A stretch of 64,000 nt of DNA, from IMG/VR virus record IMGVR_UViG_3300021466_000176; one strand, 5' to 3'. How positions within the stretch are numbered: the first letter of the stretch is position 1; each line of letters opens with the position of its first letter. This document shows, in pieces, positions 55,994-64,000 of the stretch. The translations under genes and the position numbers were made by a program. Origin of the DNA: a virus. A model generated the notes under the pieces. The model saw nothing but the letters and a program-made list of their open reading frames with translations, did not search any database and had not been told where the DNA came from.

Positions 55994-57547
55994 TTACCAT
56001 GTAGACGGAACTCGTTGAATACTGCTGGTATCAACCCCACGTAATGCCAATTCTACTGAGTCTAACTGATCATCATGCCCAGAAGGAAAGTTGAGCCATT
56101 CGTGCTCGAACCCCTCCCAATCGTGCTTACCGTAATCATCAACGTTAGGTCCTTTCTCAAGCAGTTTAACCTCACCGCTCTCGAATTTCCCGGACATCGA
56201 AATAAGCCGACGCCGCTTATTACCGGATGAAGTCGTCGCCCGCATCGGCATCCCCTTGTTCTTCGCTACCTGGACCAGCCAGTGTTGAGCTTGGACTGTC
56301 TCAGCAAGGACATCCGAAACAGGATACCCCGAAACAACGGATTTCACCCAATCGATTCCAGCATCGATGGACATACCACGCTGGCGTTGTACGTCTACAA
56401 CGACGGTCTGGTTAAATTTCGGCGAGTGTGCGAGAACAGCACACGCCCACCAGTCAGTGTTCCCGGTTACCGCTTCCTCGGGATCCTCAGTGATAGCCGG
56501 ATCGACGCCCGCGACCCACACACACTTTCCGGGATCCTCCGGGAGTCGATCCGTATAGTTCAGCATCGACTTCGAGAGGATTTTGCCTGACATCGCCTTC
56601 GGGTCGTTCTGACGCTCACGTCTCCAGACAGCAGTCCCCTCGTTTGCTCCGAATCCCGAAATCAGATCATACAGGAGCTTATTGAGCGGCCATCGATCCT
56701 GCCATAGAACGTCTACGTTCCGATGGGGGTGAATATGGGACGCATCCGGGACCGTCTCTCCAGCGGGTATTTCAGAAAAGGCGACCCCAGGATACCGATT
56801 TCCAGCATCAGTAGTGACCGAGAATTCCCTGTTCTCTACGACGGACCAATCCGAAATAGCCGGTTCCACGATCGTCTTCCATGCCGGACCGTTCACGAGA
56901 TGGTGGTAGAGGTCCTCTTCGTGCTTCCGAGTACCCAAAACGACATAGGTAGTCTCTCCACCAGCACCGAGGTTCTGGTAATCCAAAAATTTCGTCCAGG
57001 ATTTCTCACGTCTGGATTCGGTTCGTTGTGTTGACCACGATACAACGTCATCGAAGATGATGACATCGAAGTGACCTCCGGTAACTCCCGAGTCATAGCC
57101 AGCGGCGAGAATCGTCGGAACATCCGACGCCTCCGACCGTTCAAGCGTGATCGAAGATCGATTGTCGTATTTGACTTCTTGACCGAACTGATCGGCGAGT
57201 CTATTTATATGAGATTTCGTCTCCGACAGCTTGCGGCGTGCCTGACTCGTCGTCTCCGACATTATAAGTATGCGCGCGTTCGGGTCATTCAACGCATACC
57301 AGGCTGGACACACTGCCGTTCCAGCTACGCTCTTCCCATGCTCGCGCGGGAGGATGTAACACAATCGCTTCGGCGAACTGAAATACGGATCGACGGACTC
57401 GTAAAAATCTTCGTAAATACGCGCGAGATGTGGCGGTATGCTCGAATCGAAGTCGAAACACTCGTGTGCGAAGACGCCCGGATGGACAAGTGGCTGTTCC
57501 GAAAGTCGCTGATAGTTCTCATGGTGTGTATCGGCTGTCTTATTCAT
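55994..57547 (-). CDS. terL: Terminase large subunit
   Basis: Walker A PREHGKS, Walker B VIIFDD, GTR coupling motif, nuclease GVDPA and HDDQLDS. Confidence 0.95.
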   Translation of the reverse strand: MNKTADTHHENYQRLSEQPLVHPGVFAHECFDFDSSIPPHLARIYEDFYESVDPYFSSPKRLCYILPREHGKSVAGTAVCPAWYALNDPNARILIMSETTSQARRKLSETKSHINRLADQFGQEVKYDNRSSITLERSEASDVPTILAAGYDSGVTGGHFDVIIFDDVVSWSTQRTESRREKSWTKFLDYQNLGAGGETTYVVLGTRKHEEDLYHHLVNGPAWKTIVEPAISDWSVVENREFSVTTDAGNRYPGVAFSEIPAGETVPDASHIHPHRNVDVLWQDRWPLNKLLYDLISGFGANEGTAVWRRERQNDPKAMSGKILSKSMLNYTDRLPEDPGKCVWVAGVDPAITEDPEEAVTGNTDWWACAVLAHSPKFNQTVVVDVQRQRGMSIDAGIDWVKSVVSGYPVSDVLAETVQAQHWLVQVAKNKGMPMRATTSSGNKRRRLISMSGKFESGEVKLLEKGPNVDDYGKHDWEGFEHEWLNFPSGHDDQLDSVELALRGVDTSSIQRVPSTW

Positions 57548-58250
57548 TTGAATCGTCTTCTCTTTCGTCTCCGTCGTCCTCTACCGGAGTTGACTCGACA
57601 TCGATCGGTTCATCGGACGATCGGGCACCGTCCTCGCCGGAATCGCCAAACATACTACTCAGGAATTCCTTGTCCTCATCGCTAATCTCTTCATCTACAG
57701 TGTGAGTGACCTCGTGATCCTGGGGCATCTGATTTGCCGCCTCGGAAAAGTCCCCAGGATACTTCATCTCGGCCATCCGCTCCCACATCCTCCAATCATC
57801 AGCACCCGCTTCTTCCATCTTATCGAGGACGTGTTGTTTCGCTGCTACACGAGCATCGGAAACTCGTACGAAGAAATCAAAATACGGTCCGCGCTCCTCC
57901 GGAGGTCCGTTCGCCTCTTCTTTCCCTTTATTAAACCAGTAATCGAAGCTCGACCTGCTGATTCCGGCTCTATCAACTGCCATCTGGACAGTCCCGCCGG
58001 ATCGAATAGTGGACTCTATCGCAGCTACCTTGTGGGCGGTGATAGTCGATGTCCCGTGAGTGGAGGAGTAATCGACCGTGAGTTCCGGCTCTTGTCGGTG
58101 TTCGTAACACGGGCCGTAATTCGTTCCTTCGACGCCTTTCCCCGCAGGTTGTCGGCACTTCCTCCCATCAGTTTTCGGTTGCCCACAAAGCCCGGCACTC
58201 GGAGTTTCAAGTGCTCCCGTCTCCCGTTCAGTTTCGTCCTCATACTCCAT
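57540..58250 (-). CDS. terS: Terminase small subunit
   Basis: CGQPKTDGRKCRQPAG..CYEH motif and HTH (AVDRAGISRSSFDYW); overlaps terL start. Confidence 0.8.
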   Translation of the reverse strand: MEYEDETERETGALETPSAGLCGQPKTDGRKCRQPAGKGVEGTNYGPCYEHRQEPELTVDYSSTHGTSTITAHKVAAIESTIRSGGTVQMAVDRAGISRSSFDYWFNKGKEEANGPPEERGPYFDFFVRVSDARVAAKQHVLDKMEEAGADDWRMWERMAEMKYPGDFSEAANQMPQDHEVTHTVDEEISDEDKEFLSSMFGDSGEDGARSSDEPIDVESTPVEDDGDEREDDSNE

Positions 58251-58273
58251 TTATATCACCCACTGCGAGGTTC

Positions 58274-58732
58274 CTACCGATGGTCTTCCGAGAGTTCGCT
58301 TTGATCGTTAACCGGCGTATCCACGCCTTCCCACGTCGATAACACACGGATGAAGAATCCGAGCAATACGATTGCGTATCCGAAATAGCCGAGTACCTCA
58401 TACGCGATCCAGTCCGGATAGCTCCGCACGACGAAGCGACTCGTGATAAGCAACATCGACGCACCGAGCCCGATGTACATGACCGAATATACGCGTGTCC
58501 TATCCGACACTTCATCCCTCGCGTCTGCGCGCAAGTCAGTAGACACGATGAAGAAAATCCCGATCGTGACGGACATCCATCCGATTACGAGCCCGATCAA
58601 TTTCGCATAAAATATCTCGTTTTTGTTCTGAGTAGCGGAAATAGAATTTATAGCCAAGGCGATACCCACGGCTATGAGTAGAGTGATACCCACCGAAGCA
58701 GCTATCCTGATCGTTCGACGGTTTAAACTCAT
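58274..58732 (-). CDS. Four-TM membrane protein
   Basis: Four hydrophobic segments; start moved to ATG 58732. Confidence 0.65.
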   Translation of the reverse strand: MSLNRRTIRIAASVGITLLIAVGIALAINSISATQNKNEIFYAKLIGLVIGWMSVTIGIFFIVSTDLRADARDEVSDRTRVYSVMYIGLGASMLLITSRFVVRSYPDWIAYEVLGYFGYAIVLLGFFIRVLSTWEGVDTPVNDQSELSEDHR

Positions 58733-58739
58733 GTCAAAC

Positions 58740-58985
58740 TTATCCACCTCCAGCACCACCGCCACCCCCGCCACCTCCACCACTTCCGCCACCTCCGCCA
58801 CCCCAACCGGTGTTAGGTCGCAATATATCTACACCGAGGAAGACCGACATGAGCAACAACAGTAGGTAAATAGTCTGAGTGGGTATGTCATACTGGGGGT
58901 TGAACGCATCCCAAATTATCAAAATGAATAACGTTATACTCGCCATTGCTCCAAGGGCGAGGAGTACCTGTTCTCTCTCTACCAT
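58740..58985 (-). CDS. Small two-TM protein with poly-glycine tail (holin-like candidate)
   Basis: Two hydrophobic helices, then a nearly pure Gly tail; GAGGTA upstream. Confidence 0.6.
   Translation of the reverse strand: MVEREQVLLALGAMASITLFILIIWDAFNPQYDIPTQTIYLLLLLMSVFLGVDILRPNTGWGGGGGGSGGGGGGGGGAGGG
58743..58802. repeat. (GGN)n low-complexity tract encoding poly-Gly
   Basis: Run of cca/cct/ccg/ccc triplets on the + strand. Confidence 0.8.
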
Positions 58986-59003
58986 TCATACCTCGGCCTC
59001 ATT

Positions 59004-59207
59004 TTAACTTCGATGGGTGGGAGGATCCACATAATCGATAACCACCCTCAGCGACAACGCCACCAGAGACGCAATCATCCCATAATCGATCAATGGCCGG
59101 GTCGGAGGTTGAGTTTGGACGAACCATCCGATTATTACGAGAATCGTACCGACCAATAGCAGTATATCCATCAATTGGTTCAATATACTTCGTTCCAACA
59201 GTTTCAC
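59004..59207 (-). CDS. Small two-TM membrane protein
   Basis: GTG 59207 preceded by GGAGGTGA; two hydrophobic helices. Confidence 0.6.
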   Translation of the reverse strand: MKLLERSILNQLMDILLLVGTILVIIGWFVQTQPPTRPLIDYGMIASLVALSLRVVIDYVDPPTHRS

Positions 59208-59211
59208 CGGA

Positions 59212-59442
59212 TCACCTCCTTTTGACCACGAACATATCCACAATGGATATGTTAGCACTATCTACCGGGCCTGTAGTCTTCCCGTTGCCATTGGAGACGT
59301 ATAGATCGTAGAAATTGTAGTTGTGAAATCCGGCATGATACATGAGGGTATCCGCCGTCACTATCGGATTGGTGCGATTGATAGTAACCCAATCCGAGTG
59401 GTATCCCTCCTCATCCTCTATGTGATACTCGAATTCAGTCAT
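59212..59442 (-). CDS. Small hypothetical protein
   Basis: ATG 59442 overlaps the end of the upstream gene (MTEFEYHIED...). Confidence 0.55.
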   Translation of the reverse strand: MTEFEYHIEDEEGYHSDWVTINRTNPIVTADTLMYHAGFHNYNFYDLYVSNGNGKTTGPVDSANISIVDMFVVKRR

Positions 59443-59986
59443 TTTTCGGGAGGGATTTCCCGATTGCAGCTTGAAATACACCCTCGTCTTGTCTGTTTTG
59501 ATTCTCGGGCCTGCGCGCGAGGTCGTGAACAGCATCGATCAGGGTGTTCTTGTCGTGATCGACTCCCCGCATCCGAAGCGAATTGGAAAGATTATGGGCG
59601 AATTCAATGGCGTCCGAGACGCTTATCGGACGATAATGTTCGTACCGTGAGCCACATGCACACGTCGGGCGGGTCCCCTCACCCGCTGGTTCAGCAGGCA
59701 CATTACCGGATTCGTCCGCCCACTGCCTGTCCTTTCGCATCATCCACGTATCGCCCGTCCAGTATTCGTGTACGAACGAATCGTATTTCTCCGAGAAACA
59801 GTGATTACAGACGCTTGGGTCCCGCTGGATGAGGTTTTTGAAAACGTCACGAGCGGAAGTCTCATCTATGTTTGCCCGTTCGACATTCGAATTGGATTCC
59901 GAACCGGCAGCGTCGAAATCGTCACGCTGTTTCGAGTATTCAGGACTATACTGCCTCGGTAGTCGAGTTGCTCTACTATTGGACAT
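59435..59986 (-). CDS. Zinc-ribbon-like hypothetical protein, first gene of the leftward operon
   Basis: CNHC and CACG motifs; ATG 59986 chosen. Confidence 0.65.
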   Translation of the reverse strand: MSNSRATRLPRQYSPEYSKQRDDFDAAGSESNSNVERANIDETSARDVFKNLIQRDPSVCNHCFSEKYDSFVHEYWTGDTWMMRKDRQWADESGNVPAEPAGEGTRPTCACGSRYEHYRPISVSDAIEFAHNLSNSLRMRGVDHDKNTLIDAVHDLARRPENQNRQDEGVFQAAIGKSLPKND

Positions 59987-60101
59987 TGGTGAATTGGAGG
60001 GAGATGTGACTCGGTTCAGAAGAAAATACACGCAACTGATGAATGTGTACTCCGCACCTCGGCGGTCGAGGCGCAGAGGGTTGGTGTACAGTACCAGGTA
60101 T

Positions 60102-60200
60102 GGATAGTTAAACATTTCGGCTACAAATACACAACCAAGCGTAAGTAAGCGGTATGAAAATACAACAACACATCAGAAGAACGAAAACACTTTATACCGC
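60102..60200. promoter_or_regulatory. Divergent promoter region
   Basis: Minus: cgaaatg-TTTAACTA (60119-60105). Plus: gaaaacac-TTTATACC (60183-60198). Confidence 0.65.
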
Positions 60201-60242
60201 CTAACAATAGGTGTAAATGACCCTATTAAGGGCATAAAGACA

Positions 60243-60641
60243 ATGGCACTCAAAGTAGAAAGTTACGTGACAGGAGTAATACAAAAATTAGTCCTCGGAG
60301 CAATCGCACTCCTCATGAGTAGTGGAGTAGCGATGGCCCAACCCACCGAAGATCCCCTCGCCTTCGTCCGACAGACGATCGCAGAAATCGGACCGGCCGT
60401 CTTGGTAACAGTACTGGCGATCGTCGCTTTCGCCATCGTATGGCAACTCGCACAGGGATCGTACGGGGATCCATCAAAACGGTCAAAGAAGAATCAGGGA
60501 GCGATGAAATCAATGAAGAATTTCTTCCTGATACTCTTCTTTGTGGCCTTCGTCTTCGGGTTCATCTTAAGCATGTTCGGAATCACTCCACAGTTCACCC
60601 CCGATGGTGGGGGGATCGTAGAGTTATTCACCGGAGGTTAG
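60243..60641 (+). CDS. Putative VirB2/TrbC-like pilin
   Basis: Signal-like segment ending AMA-Q, two hydrophobic helices separated by a short basic loop; first gene of the operon. Confidence 0.55.
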   Translation: MALKVESYVTGVIQKLVLGAIALLMSSGVAMAQPTEDPLAFVRQTIAEIGPAVLVTVLAIVAFAIVWQLAQGSYGDPSKRSKKNQGAMKSMKNFFLILFFVAFVFGFILSMFGITPQFTPDGGGIVELFTGG

Positions 60642-60672
60642 TGGGTAACAACACAACCCGGCTCAATTTATA

Positions 60673-62550
60673 ATGGGGATAAATAAAAAAGTAGCTCACA
60701 TAGGGGTACTCCTGATAGTTCTATCAGCAGTAGTAGCACCAGCGTTCGCCCAACCTGCACCGATTAACATCACCGAAAACGGAACCGGAAACGGAACTGA
60801 AGTCGAGGTCAATAACGGGACAAACGTAACGAACAATACGACTTCGGATGGTAGTGGTGGCAGTGGTATCTACTCAGGCATCCCCTCCGCATCCGAGATG
60901 GGGTCTGCACTCGTAGACGCGATCTTCAGCGCCATGTTCGGCGGGATCCTCGAATTCTTTGCCCAGGCAATCCTGTTCATGATGGAGATCGTAGCGGGCA
61001 GAGGATTCGGAGTCGAGGACTACAACTTCCTCGCGCCACCAGGACACCCACTCGGAAACCAAATCCACGAAGCGATCTTCGGATGGGCGCTACCGCTCTC
61101 ATACATGATCGCGGCACTGTTGATACTCACCAACTTCGGGATGAACGTCGCTCGAATGAACCCGCCGAAGTTCAGCCCTGAAGAAATGGCGAGTTACTCG
61201 ATCCTAAAAATCATCCGCCTCTCGCTCGTATGGCCCTACAGATACGGACTGCTATGGTTCTCATCAGCTTTCGCTCTCACCCTCATGCCATCACAAGAAA
61301 TGGTTGCCGGAGGGTGGACCGAAGCAGCAAGCACCTCATATGGAAGTGTCGTCGGCCTCGCCATCGCGTTCAACCTACCCGGACTGTTGTTCGGGCTGAT
61401 CCTGTTCGCACACGTAGTGTCGTTCGTCCTCGCCGTGGCGCTAACGACGATATCGCCGCTTATAGACACATTCAACATCCCAGTCGGATGGGCCGGACCC
61501 ATTCAACGCAACGCTCAAAGCCTCAACGAGACACAAGTAATAATGTGTTTCTTCCCCATTCCATTCGGCGCAGTAATGTGGATCGGGTACTACTTCAGGG
61601 ACGCCTTCATCGCATCGCTCGGTACGAGTTCCTTTCTCGGGGCTCCAATACTCGTCGTCTATGACCCTATCGTCTGGTTTGCGGCCGGAATAGCCCCAGT
61701 GTCACTATTTTTCTTCAGAGGGCTCGAACGGCAAATCGTCAGCGGAACAGTCGGATTCCTCGCCGGGGCATCGGTAGCCGGGGGACTGGGATCCGGATCA
61801 GACGACGACAATCAGTCCACCCTCGGGGATTTCGATTCCAACTCCGGAGGAGATGCACCCGACGATGACATGACTCAGAGTGGCGAGTTTACTGACGGGA
61901 AACAGCAGACCTTCGGCGACTACGCATGGGGAGATAACGACGACGATGACAGCAACTCTGGTATCGGCGGATTCCCGGGAAGTACCGGCAACACCGGCAG
62001 CGGAGGTGTTGGTGGGTTCCCGGGAAGTACCGCTAACACCAGTGCCAATAGCAGGGATTCGTCAGGCAGTCGCCGGGCGCTCGGAGAAGGGGAAAGAGGG
62101 ACTACATCCGGAGTATCGGGAGCATCAACGTCATCCACTCAAGCAACCAGCGAAGACGTGGATTACGAAGGATCGCAGAGACCGTCTCCGGGTAGCGTCA
62201 CTGAAGTATCATCCAAAAACGAACTCGAAGAAGGGAGATACCACATCGGTACGCTCAACGAAGACCAAGAAAGCGTCAGAAGTGTCAAAGACTTCAGCGG
62301 TCCGGAGGGTATGAGCAAAGACGCGCTGTTCAGCACCAGCGGGATGGGAGATCAGATGTACTTCGAGACCATCGATGAGAAGACGTACCCGAACAACACC
62401 CTCTACGTTGAAAACACGGACTCTGGCGAAGTCTATGACGTTAGGGAGGCAATGAAGAAAGAGAAAGCAAGAGAACTCTACCAAACTGAGAACGAAAACA
62501 CAGCACAAAGCCGAATGAACAAGAACCGCGAGAAATTCAACAGCATCTGA
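60673..62550 (+). CDS. Putative VirB6-like polytopic membrane protein
   Basis: Signal peptide (AFA-Q), N-x-T-rich extracellular stretch, about 6-8 hydrophobic helices, long Gly/Ser/Asp low-complexity tail. Confidence 0.55.
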   Translation: MGINKKVAHIGVLLIVLSAVVAPAFAQPAPINITENGTGNGTEVEVNNGTNVTNNTTSDGSGGSGIYSGIPSASEMGSALVDAIFSAMFGGILEFFAQAILFMMEIVAGRGFGVEDYNFLAPPGHPLGNQIHEAIFGWALPLSYMIAALLILTNFGMNVARMNPPKFSPEEMASYSILKIIRLSLVWPYRYGLLWFSSAFALTLMPSQEMVAGGWTEAASTSYGSVVGLAIAFNLPGLLFGLILFAHVVSFVLAVALTTISPLIDTFNIPVGWAGPIQRNAQSLNETQVIMCFFPIPFGAVMWIGYYFRDAFIASLGTSSFLGAPILVVYDPIVWFAAGIAPVSLFFFRGLERQIVSGTVGFLAGASVAGGLGSGSDDDNQSTLGDFDSNSGGDAPDDDMTQSGEFTDGKQQTFGDYAWGDNDDDDSNSGIGGFPGSTGNTGSGGVGGFPGSTANTSANSRDSSGSRRALGEGERGTTSGVSGASTSSTQATSEDVDYEGSQRPSPGSVTEVSSKNELEEGRYHIGTLNEDQESVRSVKDFSGPEGMSKDALFSTSGMGDQMYFETIDEKTYPNNTLYVENTDSGEVYDVREAMKKEKARELYQTENENTAQSRMNKNREKFNSI

Positions 62551-62554
62551 AACC

Positions 62555-63658
62555 ATGTCAAGCAAAAGACGTAAAGTACTAAACGGGCTCGGATCAGGAG
62601 ACGAAATATTCGGTGGCGGGTTCGGCGAAAAACAACTCAAACAGGGGGACGCAATCGTGATAACCCTCCTATTAGGTGGTAGCCTGTTTATCGGTTACCC
62701 ACTTTTCGGGATTATTATGTTCGGAAACATTTTCCACCCCTTTGGCTTCACAGCAGTACTCATGGGTTTTTACCTCTCTTATAAAGTAATGAAAGAAACA
62801 CCTCCGGACAAGACCGCTTTGGAATACCTCAAAGACTGGAACCACAGAAGAACCCAAGCGGATCTGTTCACCCGGTTCGGAGATTCCGGGGAGAACTCCA
62901 CTGAATCCACTCAGGTCGGCGAACCCGACCGAGTTGGGAACCTCATCACGCGCACTGACAACACCGTGGTTGCCACGACTCGGGTGAAAGCCCGATCGAT
63001 GTCCGCCGCGTCCTCAAACGACTGGGAACGGACAGCCGATAACTTCGGTTCGTTCTGCAATAATCAGACAGCCGGGTTCGAAATATCATGCAGAGGATGG
63101 CAAATATCCGCCGATGAGATAATCGGAGATATAGACTCACGGCTGCAAGACGCTGATGTAGCTGAAAACGAGAAACTGAGGGCCGCTGTAAGAAGCCACG
63201 ATACCGAACTCAGAGAGGAAATCAAAAACCGAGGATCAACCAACCGGAAATACAGGGCCTCCATCGAAGTAGGAGTGAACGACGTAGAACGGGACCTCGG
63301 CCGTACAGAGAAGTGGAATCAAATCGTCGTGATAGGGCATATAGCGCGTTTCTTCCAATGGGTTGGCCTCTTCCACACCGAAGACAAGCAAGCCCTTAGA
63401 GAGCGTCAGAAGCGATCCCTGTCCTCCAGAATCCGGTCACTGCGACGAGGAATCGACTCGATCCATCCGGAAATGGAGACAATGGAGGGATATACGGACG
63501 AGTGGCTCGATGACATCGAAGCGTTCTGGTCCGGATGGCGGGGAGTGCAGGAACGAAACGGGAGACGCCAACACGACATCCCGGTAGTAATTGCACCGGA
63601 TACGTTCGAAGCGGACGAACTGAACGGAGAAACCGGAGATAACGGAGAAGAAATATAA
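62555..63658 (+). CDS. Putative VirB3/PrgI-like membrane protein with soluble C-terminal domain
   Basis: Two N-terminal TM helices followed by ETPPDKTALEYL; then LITRTDNTVVATTRVKARSM..DWERTADNFGSFCN; directly upstream of the VirB4-like gene. Confidence 0.55.
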   Translation: MSSKRRKVLNGLGSGDEIFGGGFGEKQLKQGDAIVITLLLGGSLFIGYPLFGIIMFGNIFHPFGFTAVLMGFYLSYKVMKETPPDKTALEYLKDWNHRRTQADLFTRFGDSGENSTESTQVGEPDRVGNLITRTDNTVVATTRVKARSMSAASSNDWERTADNFGSFCNNQTAGFEISCRGWQISADEIIGDIDSRLQDADVAENEKLRAAVRSHDTELREEIKNRGSTNRKYRASIEVGVNDVERDLGRTEKWNQIVVIGHIARFFQWVGLFHTEDKQALRERQKRSLSSRIRSLRRGIDSIHPEMETMEGYTDEWLDDIEAFWSGWRGVQERNGRRQHDIPVVIAPDTFEADELNGETGDNGEEI

Positions 63659-63660
63659 CA

Positions 63661-64000
63661 ATGAATCCAGAAGAAATCAAACCGACGATCGTATCGACCG
63701 GCGACATCAAAATCGAAGTCGATGCAGCCAGAGTAAAAGACAAGTGGTGTGCTACGTTCCACGTTGACGGATGGCCGAATGAAACCAAGCCGGGCATCAT
63801 AGAGCCACTGACGAGCCACTGGTCATCGAACGTAGACGTGACGATCGACGTGGATCCGATGAATCAAAACCGCGCGATCAACGTCTTCCAGCGGAAATGT
63901 AACGAGATAGAGACGAAAAAACTCAGTGCCAGCTCATCCGCCGAAAAGAGAAAGCACACTCGAAACTTCGATCGACACGAAGAGATACTCGACCAACTCG
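63661..64000 (+). CDS. Putative VirB4-like transfer ATPase, N-terminal part (truncated by window end; not in ORF track)
   Basis: Open from ATG 63661 to the end: ..KWCATFHVDGWPNETKPGIIEPL..NVDVTIDVDPMNQNRAI.. resembles VirB4/TraC N-domains. The ATPase motifs are not in the window. Confidence 0.6.
   Translation, partial: MNPEEIKPTIVSTGDIKIEVDAARVKDKWCATFHVDGWPNETKPGIIEPLTSHWSSNVDVTIDVDPMNQNRAINVFQRKCNEIETKKLSASSSAEKRKHTRNFDRHEEILDQL

Larger units (their letters stand above)
1..64000. mobile_element. Haloarchaeal myovirus-like genome segment (virus, provirus or virus-plasmid)
   Basis: Terminase-portal-protease-MCP-sheath-baseplate set, viral-type replication genes, acidic proteome, archaeal promoters, no recognisable housekeeping genes. 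Confidence 0.9.

Noticed and set aside
20298-57685. Long + strand ORFs inside the late operon (e.g. 20298..21098, 36496..37395, 47265..48188, 52458..53249, 57071..57685)
   Set aside because: Antisense shadows of well-supported structural genes; composition unlike haloarchaeal proteins.
61960-62040. Duplicated GG(I/V)GGFPGST-type repeat in the VirB6-like tail
   Set aside because: Short duplication within a low-complexity region; no evidence of separate function.
1-64000. tRNA/rRNA genes, inteins, IS elements, integrase
   Set aside because: None recognised by eye; the visible PolB part and TerL have normal motif spacing. tRNAscan-SE and an IS search would be needed to exclude them formally.

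Overview
The window looks like a large part of a haloarchaeal tailed virus (Caudoviricetes, myovirus type) or virus-plasmid hybrid: very acidic proteins, archaeal BRE/TATA promoters, many near-leaderless genes. 1-9.2 kb (mostly + strand) is a replication/repair/nucleotide block: family B polymerase, Cas4-like nuclease, XPF/ERCC4 nuclease, HAD-phosphatase/P-loop kinase fusion, PadR regulator, primase-like protein. 9.2-60 kb (- strand) is a near-complete late operon: terminases, portal, MuF, protease/scaffold, HK97-type capsid, neck, sheath, tube, chaperone with a probable +1 frameshift, tape measure, baseplate, and about nine beta-helix plus several lectin/PKD-like proteins in two clusters. From 60.2 kb to the end (+ strand, divergent promoter) lies the start of a probable conjugative type IV secretion operon (VirB2-, VirB6-, VirB3/PrgI- and VirB4-like). 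The main leads are (i) this virion-plus-conjugation linkage, with a shared strand bias suggesting one replicon, and (ii) portal and protease built as polyproteins whose extra domains are bounded by repeated R-x-N/D motifs. All family assignments come from motif recognition by eye, not database searches.
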